A DNA stretch of 64,000 nucleotides. Origin: Alphaproteobacteria bacterium. GTDB taxonomy: Bacteria; Pseudomonadota; Alphaproteobacteria; UBA7887. The stretch is from the NCBI GenBank assembly GCA_965216755.1, contig CBDCGL010000011.1:4352001-4416000 (forward strand), read 5' to 3'. The notes under the pieces are model-generated. The model had not been told where the DNA came from and ran no database searches. It saw only the letters and a program-made list of their open reading frames with translations. Every line of letters begins with the position of its first letter. Position 1 is the first letter of the stretch. Shown here one piece after another: positions 38,065-47,789 of this stretch. A program made the position numbers and the translations under genes.

Positions 38065-38874
38065 TCACGCTTGGTTGGCCGCCGTCTTCGTCGCAGCTGT
38101 CTTGTGCCGTAAGGTGACTTCGGACTTCTCAGTCGTGACCGTGGCAACATGTTCGATATCGGCCCATTTTGGCGCTGTGGAGAAGTGATTTTGCAGGAAT
38201 GCGACCAAGGTTGCGATTTTGGCGTTGGTGCGACGCTCCCGTGGCCACACAGCGTGCAGGGCGCGGTCGGTGACGGCATACTCGCTCAGCACGGCCGTCA
38301 AGTGATGGCCCGTTAGGTCACGCCAACACATGTAACTTGGCAGTATGGCGATGCCGCACCCAGCGAGTGCCGCAAGACGAATCGCTTCCAGACTGTCGCA
38401 CGTCATCGGCCCACTGGCACGCACCGAAAATGCACCGCCGCTGCCGCGAAATCCCCACATTCCAGGCGGTACCGCAGCGGCATCACATAGGCACGGCCGA
38501 TGCGCGAGTTCCAGCGGATGTTGCGGCCGACCCCACAGCTGCCAGAACTCCGGTGTCGCACACACCACCTCGTGGTAGCCGACGAGTCTTGCCGCGTTTG
38601 GCCCTGGTTTCCGGTCGGTTGTGATCTCAATACGAATGTCGGTATGCACTCGCCGCGTCGCCGGCGGGTGCGGGCCATAGGTGACCTTGAGCCGCAGATC
38701 CGGGTGGCGAGCACAAAATGCGGGCAGCAGTGGGGCAATGTGGCGGATGCCGAAATCATGCGGAACACGAAGATGGATATCGCCGCTCAGCGGGCCATGC
38801 CTGTATTCGGTCGCCATCTGCAATCCCCGTAGCCCATGCGCGATCTGGTTACCAAGCGCGAACTGGGCCGCCAC
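38065..38874 (-). CDS. LysR substrate-binding domain lacking the HTH (truncated or stand-alone)
   Basis: SGDIHLRVP, FCARHPDL, CATP, AALAGCGIAILP; no N-terminal HTH. Confidence 0.65.
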   Translation of the reverse strand: MAAQFALGNQIAHGLRGLQMATEYRHGPLSGDIHLRVPHDFGIRHIAPLLPAFCARHPDLRLKVTYGPHPPATRRVHTDIRIEITTDRKPGPNAARLVGYHEVVCATPEFWQLWGRPQHPLELAHRPCLCDAAAVPPGMWGFRGSGGAFSVRASGPMTCDSLEAIRLAALAGCGIAILPSYMCWRDLTGHHLTAVLSEYAVTDRALHAVWPRERRTNAKIATLVAFLQNHFSTAPKWADIEHVATVTTEKSEVTLRHKTAATKTAANQA

Positions 38875-38937
38875 CCGCCATCATGTCGGAGATGGCGCCG
38901 GCCACCAGTGCGATCTGCCGTGCAATCGGCTTTCCCA

Positions 38938-39800
38938 TCAAGTCTCGGCGTCGGCACACCTGGCTCCTGGCGATTTGGTCGCGACCACGTCCGCGAAATT
39001 TGCCGGCGCGCCACGCGCATCGTCCCACGCGCCCAATGTCACATGCGGTTCGACGGCCCGCAGGGCGCGGATCAAGTTTGTGAGTGTATCGGCCGATGGT
39101 GCGTCTGGCGCGCGGCGCAACAATGACAATTCGACATGGACTTGGTTCGTGACCGGGCGTGTCAGAAAACCGTCCTTATGGGTCGACGTCGATGTCAGGA
39201 GCATGACCGCATTGGCCAGATGTATCGGACCGTTGGTCTTCGGTGGTTGTTGATGGGTGCCGCCGTCGATCGCCTCAAGATAAACGGCCAAATCATCTTT
39301 CTCGGACGGTGACAGACCAATCGCGAAATATCCATCGAAATAGTCGATGACGTCGGTCACACGATCGAACCGACCGTCATAAACCTATGGCGCCGATGTC
39401 TTGGTTTCCAGCAATGTCGGTGTCTCGAAGGCGTTGCCGATTTTGCCGGCCCGGCCCGTGCCAACATCGTGTGTCTGGCCGTCGGCGAAATGGTTCCGCG
39501 GGATAAGCCAAGCGGCGCCAGATTTCTCTGGCGCGACGGCAAATGGCCGAAGAAAAACCTGTTCGCCGCATTTGGCCGCCGGTGACGCAGTGGCGACCAA
39601 TCGGCCATTGGGATCGAGCAAGTCGTTGGCTGGAAACGGCAAGGTCTGCTGGTACGCAACCTTGGAATCAAGTTGCAGTTCGCTGGGGTTTGGGCCCGCA
39701 AACTCATTGACGATCGCGAACAACGTGAGATCTCGGATCGTTTCAAATCGACCGTCGCGGCCATTGGGTGCCGTGTGCCGTGTTGCGCCCAACGCGGTTC
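38938..39800 (-). pseudogene. Cytochrome c peroxidase/MauG-like remnant
   Basis: TAP.GRDGRF, VNEF, GEQVF, HDVGTG, FETPTL, SAP*VYDGRF (in-frame TAG 39385-39387), EKDDLAVYL; the CxxCH site appears decayed to SGAAWL. Confidence 0.75.
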
Positions 39801-39811
39801 CGGTTCGAGAC

Positions 39812-40123
39812 CTAACGGCAGCTGACCACGGCTTCGAGTCGGATCGGCCGAAAATCGTGGTCGGTGACGGCGCAACCGCTGGCTTGTTCGACGGCCGCGA
39901 TCATGCGGTCGCGAAAGTAGCGGACATCCTTGCCGTCAACATCTTTGGGAGACGAAAAGGTGAGGGGTTCGGCGACAAATCGGTTTCGGCTTACCGGAGT
40001 GATACGATAAACCTCAGTGCCCATTTCAACGGTCACGGGCTCACGCGGGACGGCTGTGCAGCCGATCTGGACAACGCCCACCGCCAGCACCAGCGCAGCG
40101 CCAAAGATTCTCTTCTGAAACAT
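39812..40123 (-). CDS. Small lipoprotein
   Basis: Leader ending QIGC; C-terminal A.EQASGC...C pattern. Confidence 0.7.
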   Translation of the reverse strand: MFQKRIFGAALVLAVGVVQIGCTAVPREPVTVEMGTEVYRITPVSRNRFVAEPLTFSSPKDVDGKDVRYFRDRMIAAVEQASGCAVTDHDFRPIRLEAVVSCR

Positions 40124-40303
40124 GGTGGTAAGTCCGCCTTCGCTGACCGCCGACAGACGGTCTTCCGCGATCAATAGATCGTGCTCAACAGCGTGATGCC
40201 AAGCCGTAAAAATACCGCAAACGCAATCGCAGGGCGACGCGCCCATTGAGTTCTGTCCAAGGCCCGCTACAGTGTCTTTGATATTGGAGAAAGGCGAGCG
40301 GAC

Positions 40304-40765
40304 ATGGCCGATTTCAAGATTCTGGCAACCAACCACACCAGTTTTACAGTCTCGGATTTGGACCGTTCCGTCGATTTCTATACGAATGTCTTGGGTTTCG
40401 AGCTGATTCATCGCGGCGGTCGCGACCCGAAATTCATTGAGCGCGTGGTTGCGGTGCAGGGTGCCGACATCGAAGTTGCCTATATTCAGGCGCCGGGGCA
40501 TCGACTGGAACTCATCGAGTATCGTGCGCCCGCCGATCGCCGCCAGGTCGAATGCCGACCCTGCGATGCCGGATTCGCCCATATCGCATTTGACGTTGAT
40601 GATATTGATGCGGTCTTGCGGGCGGTGCGCGCCGCCGGCGTCACGCCGCTTGGCGAGCCGTTGTCATTGGTGCACGGGCCAAATCGGGGCGGGCGGGTCG
40701 TCTATACGCGGGATCCCGATGGTGTCACGGTCGAATTCATTCAGCGACCCACTGGCAACGGGTAA
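40304..40765 (+). CDS. VOC/glyoxalase family protein
   Basis: HTSFTVSDL, ELIEY, HIAFDVDD, RDPDG..VE. Confidence 0.93.
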   Translation: MADFKILATNHTSFTVSDLDRSVDFYTNVLGFELIHRGGRDPKFIERVVAVQGADIEVAYIQAPGHRLELIEYRAPADRRQVECRPCDAGFAHIAFDVDDIDAVLRAVRAAGVTPLGEPLSLVHGPNRGGRVVYTRDPDGVTVEFIQRPTGNG

Positions 40766-40791
40766 CGTTGCAACTTGCGGGGCGGCAAGCG

Positions 40792-41109
40792 CTATGTCGG
40801 ATCGCCGGCCAAATTGGTGATGTCGGTCCAATTGTCACCGGCGGCGACAATGCAACTGATGCCGTTGGTGCGGGTCACCAGAATCGTCCATGTGCCGCTT
40901 TGGCTGACAAAGACTTCCGTGACCGTTTGACCCTGCGGGCTGAGACCCAACGCAATTGGCGCCTCGCCATATGTTTGGGCCAATTTGCTGACCGCATCGT
41001 CATGTCGGGCACAGGGCGCGCTTGATTGTGCATGCGCCGCCATCGGCAACAGCCATAGCCCAAGCGCGCACAGCGTGCTTAGACCGAAATTGGCAGTGCC
41101 GTTGTTCAT
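40792..41109 (-). CDS. Small secreted two-Cys hypothetical protein
   Basis: Signal peptide; C...YGE...GL...EVFVS..GTWTI.....C..AAG..W. Confidence 0.8.
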   Translation of the reverse strand: MNNGTANFGLSTLCALGLWLLPMAAHAQSSAPCARHDDAVSKLAQTYGEAPIALGLSPQGQTVTEVFVSQSGTWTILVTRTNGISCIVAAGDNWTDITNLAGDPT

Positions 41110-41292
41110 GTCGTGACCCTTGCTATGTGTCCGTCAGCACGTTTCGTCGCCGATTTCGGTTGGTTGATACCTGGATACCCGATCTCAGCCATTACGCGTG
41201 TCATACGATGTGGGGTCGGTTTGCCAAAGGTCAATAACGCACCGGTTCACGATGCGGTGTCGTGTGGTGACCGCTGTCACGGCCGGCCAACT

Positions 41293-42411
41293 TTAGAGCG
41301 GCGCGGCTTCGTTACGATGGCGGTCTGACCAATGTGGCGCCGGCGCGGTGTCGGTACCGAGTAGGCGCCGCAGGATCTGTTCGCCAACGTCCGCGGAAAC
41401 GCCATATAGGCCTGGCGTCGTGTTAACATCATTGATTGCGGGTTGGCACCGGTCGGGCGGTAGAGCAATGTCCTCGACAATGATATCGACGCCGCACAAT
41501 GTCGACGACATCACGTGGGCGGCCTGGATCGCCATCGCAAAATACGCGGGATGGGTTTGTGCGGTGACATCCTCGGCGACGCCGCCGCGATCAATGTTCG
41601 AAGTTGATTGCAGGCTGACGTGACGTCCCGGTTCCGGCACACTGCGGAGGTCACAGCCGGCTTTTGCCAACATCGCCTTTGTTTCCCGGTCCACTGGAAT
41701 TGGGCAGAATTGGCCGATCGCGTCGTTGGTGTCGCTGAGCGCCAGATTGCGCTCGTTGATCAGATCCACGATTGCGCGTCGACCGTCGCCGATCACATGC
41801 GCCGGGACACCCCGCATCACCGACAAAACGCGACCGTCCAAAACGCTGAGCCGATGCGCAAACCCTGGGACGACGGGCTCGATCATCACCTCATGGCTGT
41901 GCATTCGCGCGCGGATGAAGGCCTTGCGAAAGGCGCGCCGGGTGGAAACACCGACAGTGACGCCCGCACCGCCGGTACCATCGATGGCCGGCTTGACCAC
42001 GACCGCCTCGCCCAAACGCTGAAAATGGGTGGTAGCTTCGGCATAGCGGTCGAGTGTGAAACAGGCGAAGTCCGGTACCGGAAGGCCGTTGTCGGCTAGA
42101 ATCCTTGATGTGAGCGGCTTGTTTGCGCACAGCGAGTGGGCAATCAGCGTTTCAAAGGAAAACTCCGCCCCGCGGCACAAGGTGGTGCGACCATTGTAAG
42201 TCAGTCGCAGGGTGCCGTAGCCGATCGGCTCGGACGTTACGCCACAGGCGCGCGCCGCGGCGGCGATGATGGCGTTGTTCTTGGCCAAAGCGTCGGCGTG
42301 CGGTGGCCGGGGAGGGAGACCGCGCAGTGGGTCCAGGGACGCGCGAACCCGCGCGGCCATGCGCCGCAACGCGATTTCGCCCAGCATCGATGCTGTCCCC
42401 ACATTTCGCAT
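41293..42411 (-). CDS. Stand-alone ATP-grasp ligase (cyanophycin synthetase/GshF-like domain)
   Basis: NKPLT..IL...GLPVP, VVVKP..G.GG.GV, PAHVIGDG, SNIDRGG, GVDII, DVNTTPG. Confidence 0.82.
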   Translation of the reverse strand: MRNVGTASMLGEIALRRMAARVRASLDPLRGLPPRPPHADALAKNNAIIAAAARACGVTSEPIGYGTLRLTYNGRTTLCRGAEFSFETLIAHSLCANKPLTSRILADNGLPVPDFACFTLDRYAEATTHFQRLGEAVVVKPAIDGTGGAGVTVGVSTRRAFRKAFIRARMHSHEVMIEPVVPGFAHRLSVLDGRVLSVMRGVPAHVIGDGRRAIVDLINERNLALSDTNDAIGQFCPIPVDRETKAMLAKAGCDLRSVPEPGRHVSLQSTSNIDRGGVAEDVTAQTHPAYFAMAIQAAHVMSSTLCGVDIIVEDIALPPDRCQPAINDVNTTPGLYGVSADVGEQILRRLLGTDTAPAPHWSDRHRNEAAPL

Positions 42412-42662
42412 CTTTCGACCCCGCCCACCGTTGTGCGGCAATGTGCCGCAGTCACGATCCTTGCAAAGAAAACAAATATGGCGCGCGACCATCACGGCCA
42501 GCCGTCGCCGTACCGGGCCTGGCATGCGGATCGTGTGACCGCCAACACAGCTTGCGCGATTTGCCCGCCGAGCGGCTGAAACTCATGGTATATCTGACGG
42601 TTAGGACGGGGCCGGTCAGGCCTGCTCCGGCACATTCAGAAATGGCTTCGACAGGTGGTGAC

Positions 42663-43211
42663 ATGAGTAAAGTCGAAGATCTTCGGGCCGACGTGGACGA
42701 TGCATGTCGGCGCTTTTCCGACATCGACGAACATTGCAAGGACTTGAGCCGGCGCTTGGCCGAGGTCGGCTCGATGGTGGATGACGGGATTAGGCAGAAA
42801 TCCCAGATCTTGGCATTGCAGCAGCAGATCGATTCTCTGGAAGCTGAAAACCAAGAGTTGCGGGACATGGTGACATCGTTGATTGGCGCGGCGCGCGGCG
42901 CATCTTCGGATGCGCAGCTCGATGATCGGGTTGCGGCGATTGAGGACGGCTTGTCAACGCTGGTCGCGAATAGTGGCGACCACCCGTGTGAGCCGGTTGC
43001 CGTGTCAGAACCCGAGATGCAGCCGTTCGAAGAGCTGGCGGAATCGATTGACTCGGCGCCCGCGATCGACATCCAGACCTATCAAGCTGCCGACGACGAA
43101 GACGTTGATGGCTACGATGACCCGATTGTCGAAGACGGTGACCACGAAAGCCTGCAACCGGGCGGCACCGCCTTCTCCAAAATCCGTAAACATATCGGTC
43201 GGACGCGCTAG
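42663..43211 (+). CDS. Coiled-coil acidic hypothetical protein
   Basis: RBS AGGTGG; heptad segment LQQQIDSLEAENQELRDMV; acidic tail. Confidence 0.65.
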   Translation: MSKVEDLRADVDDACRRFSDIDEHCKDLSRRLAEVGSMVDDGIRQKSQILALQQQIDSLEAENQELRDMVTSLIGAARGASSDAQLDDRVAAIEDGLSTLVANSGDHPCEPVAVSEPEMQPFEELAESIDSAPAIDIQTYQAADDEDVDGYDDPIVEDGDHESLQPGGTAFSKIRKHIGRTR

Positions 43212-43231
43212 GGCTATTTCGTCGTGGCGCC

Positions 43232-43337
43232 CTGAGCCTGTCATGCGCACATGCATTCGCATGACAGGCTTTATCTATTTGATATCGATCAAATTAACTC
43301 CATTCAAACGACTCAGTTCGAACGGACATGGATCTAG
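43232..43337. repeat. Dispersed ~106-bp palindromic element, copy B (contains TTGAT-N4-ATCAA)
   Basis: Aligns with 15274-15380; ends GATCTAG; perfect FNR/FixK-type box at 43279-43292. Confidence 0.8.
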
Positions 43338-43410
43338 TTGACGCCAGCAGTCGTGCTACGCCATTGTTGCCCCATCGATGTGTCAACTGGTTGCAAACGG
43401 GATGGGCCTT

Positions 43411-44094
43411 ATGGCGGCCGTCAACACGGACAAGGAATTCTTTGGCGATCGCGCGGATAGTTTTGAGAACTTCATTCCGCGCATTGTCCCTTATTACCAT
43501 GAGGTCAATCGACTGCTGCTGGACCTTTTGCCGTTCCCATCCAAACAAGTGCTAAAGGTGTTGGATATCGGCGCCGGGACTGGCGTGCTGTCGCGTTTGG
43601 TGCTTGAACATTATGCGAATGCGCAAGTCGTTGTGACCGATGCCTCGCCGCAAATGGTCGACACATGCGTTGAGACCTTGGCGCCGTGGCAAGACCGCGT
43701 GCGCCTTCGGCAAATGCTCTTTCCTGAGGGCGATCTGGACGGCCCTTACGATTTGGTGGTTTCCAGCCTGGCCATTCACCACCTGGAGGATGCCGACAAG
43801 GCGCTCGGCTTTCGGCGCCTTTTTCAGGTGATGAACAGTGGCGGCGTGGTCATGGTCCGCGACTATGTCGCTGCGCCAACGCCAAACTTAGACCGCACTT
43901 ACGAACGGCTATGGCGTGGCTTCGTCGACGCGCATGGCCAAGACGACCTGAGTTGGTTCGAGGCGCACCGTGCCGATGATCGGCCGGCGCCGGTCGACGA
44001 CCAGTTGACGTGGCTGCGCGACGCCGGCTTTGCCGACGTCGCGTGCCATTGGCGTTACCTCAGCTATGCCTTGTTTGGGGGCCGCAAGCCGTGA
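43411..44094 (+). CDS. Class I SAM-dependent methyltransferase
   Basis: VLDIGAGTG, YDLVVSSLAIHHL, WLRDAGF. Confidence 0.93.
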   Translation: MAAVNTDKEFFGDRADSFENFIPRIVPYYHEVNRLLLDLLPFPSKQVLKVLDIGAGTGVLSRLVLEHYANAQVVVTDASPQMVDTCVETLAPWQDRVRLRQMLFPEGDLDGPYDLVVSSLAIHHLEDADKALGFRRLFQVMNSGGVVMVRDYVAAPTPNLDRTYERLWRGFVDAHGQDDLSWFEAHRADDRPAPVDDQLTWLRDAGFADVACHWRYLSYALFGGRKP

Positions 44095-44275
44095 GGAGCG
44101 CGGCCAGCTGAGCGGCGTCTGCCGCGATCGCGGCGAGACCGGGATGGGTTTCGTTAAGTTGCCGTCGGCGTAGGGCCGACAGCATGGAATCATCGTTCAG
44201 ATACTCCTCCATTTCGCGCCGCAAGCTGGAAAGCTTGCGTCCAAGTGTCAGGATTTCGTTTTTCTCCGTAATCAT
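44060..44275 (-). CDS. Small hypothetical protein
   Basis: RBS GAGGGGAG before ATG 44275; helical; 3' end overlaps the convergent methyltransferase. Confidence 0.5.
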   Translation of the reverse strand: MITEKNEILTLGRKLSSLRREMEEYLNDDSMLSALRRRQLNETHPGLAAIAADAAQLAALLTACGPQTRHS

Positions 44276-44593
44276 ACTCCCTCTTTCGAACGACCTGCCC
44301 GCGTGGCTTGCCGTGATGGCCCGTGCGGGACGTGTGAACGTGAGTGATCCCCACCATGCCGTGATCCGCGTGCCCCGGCCGTGATCGCGATCACATCCTG
44401 CGGGCAAGTCCGCATGAGGTCACATTTCATGCCCAACAGCCGTCACAACTGCTGGTCGTTTCCTACAAGTGTTTGAAAATTAACTAATTAATCCCTGCGG
44501 ACATTATGTAAGTAAATGCTATCGCTTTATGAGTCCGTTTGTCGTAGGATGGTGGTTGGAATTGCTGTTCACATCGATCGAGGGAGCCGCGCC

Positions 44594-45262
44594 ATGGATA
44601 AGTTTGTTCTCGACGCCGCGAGCGAGAGCTATCGGCAGAAACGTGAGGCGCTGCGCCGGGCGGAGATCGCCCTTAAGGAGCAACGCGAACAAGTCGCCGC
44701 CCTGCGCCGAGAACTTCCCGACGATACGCCGCTGGCACAGGACTATGTTTTCACCGAACCCGATGGCGACGCCACGCGGCCAGTGCGGCTATCTGAGCTG
44801 TTTGAGCCAGATCGCGAGGCTTTGTTGGTGATCCACTTTATGTGGGCGCCAGAGAACGATCAGCCGTGTCCGATGTGCACCATGTGGGCCGATGGCTACA
44901 ATGCGGCTGCGCCGCATGTGGCACGCACCGTGCCGATGGTGATCATTGCCAAACAGGACGCGCAGACACTACGCACGAACGCCGACCGCCGCGGCTGGCA
45001 TGACCTGCGTGTTCTGTCCAGCGGTGGCACCAGCTTCAATAAAGATTTTGGCATGGAGATGGATGACGGCAGCCAGTTGCCCGGCGTCAGCGTCTTTCTA
45101 AAAGGTGCCGACGGCCAGCTCCGCCACTTTTACACTGGCTCGGCGCTGCAAGGCGACGACCACTATCGCGGGCTTGACCTGTTGACGCCAGTTTGGAGCA
45201 TGCTCGATCTCTTGCCCAACGGTCGTGGCGATTGGTTTCCCAGCTTATCATACGACCAGTAG
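44594..45262 (+). CDS. DUF899 family thioredoxin-like protein
   Basis: AALRRELP, HFM, CPMCTMWADG, PGVSVF, LDLLP.GR. Confidence 0.9.
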   Translation: MDKFVLDAASESYRQKREALRRAEIALKEQREQVAALRRELPDDTPLAQDYVFTEPDGDATRPVRLSELFEPDREALLVIHFMWAPENDQPCPMCTMWADGYNAAAPHVARTVPMVIIAKQDAQTLRTNADRRGWHDLRVLSSGGTSFNKDFGMEMDDGSQLPGVSVFLKGADGQLRHFYTGSALQGDDHYRGLDLLTPVWSMLDLLPNGRGDWFPSLSYDQ

Positions 45263-45296
45263 CTATTTGTTCGCGATCTAAGCGACGCACGTGGTA

Positions 45297-45630
45297 CTAG
45301 GCCATTTTCCGATCATTCTGGTTCATATCCTGAGTTTGCGAAATAGTGGGCGCATTGAGCTGGCGCAAAAGCTTCTCAGGCGCTATCGATGGCCGGCCCA
45401 TATCCGAATAAACCGAGCCAAACTCCGCCGGTAAATTCTCAACCACATCGTTCACGATCACCCGGATCAAGCGCAAAGGGTGCTTCTTCGCAACCCGTGC
45501 CTCGAGATCCGCATAGCCAAAAAAGATCACCGCTCCGACCGTCCCGACCACGCATCGCATCCCCCCATCCTGCTCTACCAGCGAATCATGACACCGTGCT
45601 TAAGACGCGTCGTTTTTCAGCAGCCTGCTA
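45297..45630 (-). mobile_element. IS5-family remnant: left end plus N-terminal transposase fragment
   Basis: End sequence (C)TAGCAGGCTGCTGAAAAA; protein LEARV...HPLRLIR...GRPSIAPEKLLR truncated near 45362. Confidence 0.85.
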
Positions 45631-46827
45631 GAGTTGGGTGACGGCGACCTCCGCACCCTTGCGTTCCGCCGACAAGTAACCGCTGTAGATCGCCGCGATG
45701 CAATCGGCGGCCAACCCGGAATCGCTTTCGACCGGGTCGCCGTAGGCCACAGTGCGGAAAAAGGCTTCGACCTCTTGCGGGAAACCGGTGAAATGGTCCT
45801 CGTCCGGCGCGGTGAACGCCCAACCCTGCTTGGTGCCCGTTTTCTCGACCACATAGATGTCGTCGAAATTGGCGTCGACCGGATTGTAGGTCTGCATGGC
45901 CGTGTTGGGATTGATGTTGCACACCGCGCGATGGTTGTTGGCGGCGACCTCCAGCCAATTGTGAATACCGCCCATGACGATCTCCGAGGCGAAGATATCG
46001 GCGATCGTGCCATCATCGAACGTCACATGCATGATCCCGAAATCTTCGATGTCGTGATAGTCGGTGCGCAAATGCCCTTGGTCGATATAGCTAGGCAAGC
46101 GGGTCAATTCGTGGGTGCGGGCGGTCACCGCCTTGGGTCGTATCGGTCGGCCGTCGCGGGCCCGGCCCTCGACGCGTTTCAGATAAAGGGCCGCGGTCAG
46201 CGGATGGCAGGCCTTGCCGATCATGGACCCACCGCCGGCGAGCCGCCAAAAGCCATAGGCCTGCGAATGTGATCCGGAATGGGCTTCCTCGCCATGCATC
46301 CATAGGATTTGCGCACCGGTTTTCTCGATGATTTCGCGTTCCTTTTGAATCGCAGGCGCGTAGACCCAGTTCTCTGCGTAAAGAATCTTGGCGTCGCTCG
46401 CGCGCTCGGCCGCCAGCATGCGCTCGATGCTGGCCAGTGCGTCGTTCAACGCTTTTTCTTTCGATGCCGTGCGGCCATCGAAGTCGTCGCGCCCGTCGCC
46501 GAACGCACCGGTGAGAGGTTTTTCGACGACCGCATATTTGTTGCGTTCCAGGGCGGCGACCGCGACGGGTTCATGGGCGGCCGGCGGCGCGCAGACATGG
46601 ACCACGTCGACTTGATCGAGCAGGCTGTCTAGATCTTCGCACACGGGAATCCCGCGCGGTTCGGCAAAGCGGCGCGCGTTCGCCGTGGTCGGCGAATAGA
46701 GGCCAACCAAATCCACATTGGTGCCGAAAACCCGCTCCATGGCTTCATAATGCAGCGAGGCCGCGAAGCCCGAGCCGACAATGCCCGTCCGCACAGTTTT
46801 CTTGCCAAGCAATAGACCGCCTCCCAA
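45628..46827 (-). CDS. Gfo/Idh/MocA family oxidoreductase
   Basis: GIVGSGF, VEKPL, YAEN, HSGSHS, GGG...CHP. Confidence 0.93.
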   Translation of the reverse strand: MGGGLLLGKKTVRTGIVGSGFAASLHYEAMERVFGTNVDLVGLYSPTTANARRFAEPRGIPVCEDLDSLLDQVDVVHVCAPPAAHEPVAVAALERNKYAVVEKPLTGAFGDGRDDFDGRTASKEKALNDALASIERMLAAERASDAKILYAENWVYAPAIQKEREIIEKTGAQILWMHGEEAHSGSHSQAYGFWRLAGGGSMIGKACHPLTAALYLKRVEGRARDGRPIRPKAVTARTHELTRLPSYIDQGHLRTDYHDIEDFGIMHVTFDDGTIADIFASEIVMGGIHNWLEVAANNHRAVCNINPNTAMQTYNPVDANFDDIYVVEKTGTKQGWAFTAPDEDHFTGFPQEVEAFFRTVAYGDPVESDSGLAADCIAAIYSGYLSAERKGAEVAVTQL

Positions 46828-46848
46828 CAGTTGTGTGCCTATGTACGT

Positions 46849-47697
46849 CTATTTTGCAAGATATTCATACATGCCTTCAACGTTCAAGGGCGCCCAGTCA
46901 TCGTAGCGGCCCCAATCCTTGAAGGCGGTCATGTCGACCTGCCGTTTGGTATCGTCCAGCGACCGCCCGGCGCCAACATGATCGGAGACTTGAGCATAGA
47001 GCTGTTCGATATACTGCCGATGGGGCGCCACATCGTCGGGCGTGCCGATCGCGCCATGTCCCGGTGCCAGAATATCGTATTCCAGCGCTTCGAGTTTCTT
47101 CAGCGCCTCGATCCATCCCTCGATGTAGGCATCGGGAAAGTTGCGATAGGGCACGCGGTTGACGGTTACCATGTCGACCGCGAAGACGATCCGTTCCTCG
47201 GGAAAGCGCATAACGATCAAATTGTCCGAATGGCTTTGCCCCAGATAAATCAACTCAACTGATTTGCCGCCCAGCGACAAAGTCATGCGATCGCTGAACG
47301 TGAGGTCGGGCAGGGCCGTGGGATGCTGCCGTTCGATGATTCGCTTTTTCGCGTTCTCATGAGCGACGACTGTGGCGGTGTCGGCGAAGACTTCGCCGCC
47401 AGCGATATGGTCGGCGTGGTCATGGCTATACACCAAATAGCGGATCGGCAGTCCGAAGCGCTTGTCTATTTCAGCTTCGAGCCAGGTGGCGGCATCGGCG
47501 TTGATCGGGTCAGTTGCGATGACGCCGTCAGGCGTCACCATAAAAACCGAGTAGTGAAAGTTGTTCTGGAAGCGATAAACGTCGCCCGCGATGTTGGTGA
47601 TGTCGCGGGTCACCTCGTCCTGCGCCTGAGCGTCTGACAGCCCGGCAGTTGCGAGTAATGCTAAGCCCAACATGGCGTTCTTCAACCCATGGGTCAT
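46849..47697 (-). CDS. Secreted MBL-fold metallo-hydrolase
   Basis: SHDHADH, HS, PGHG; signal peptide; RBS AGGAGG. Confidence 0.92.
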   Translation of the reverse strand: MTHGLKNAMLGLALLATAGLSDAQAQDEVTRDITNIAGDVYRFQNNFHYSVFMVTPDGVIATDPINADAATWLEAEIDKRFGLPIRYLVYSHDHADHIAGGEVFADTATVVAHENAKKRIIERQHPTALPDLTFSDRMTLSLGGKSVELIYLGQSHSDNLIVMRFPEERIVFAVDMVTVNRVPYRNFPDAYIEGWIEALKKLEALEYDILAPGHGAIGTPDDVAPHRQYIEQLYAQVSDHVGAGRSLDDTKRQVDMTAFKDWGRYDDWAPLNVEGMYEYLAK

Positions 47698-47789
47698 GGC
47701 GATACCTCCTCGATCACTGCGTGTGTTCCGTCCGAATCGAAGAAACGATAGCTATAGACAGGTGACAAGTCGAGCCGCCGGCGTGCCGA

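Noticed and set aside
44479-44492. CtrA box (TTAACTAATTAA)
   Set aside because: Half-site spacing is 4 rather than 7; probably just AT-rich promoter DNA.
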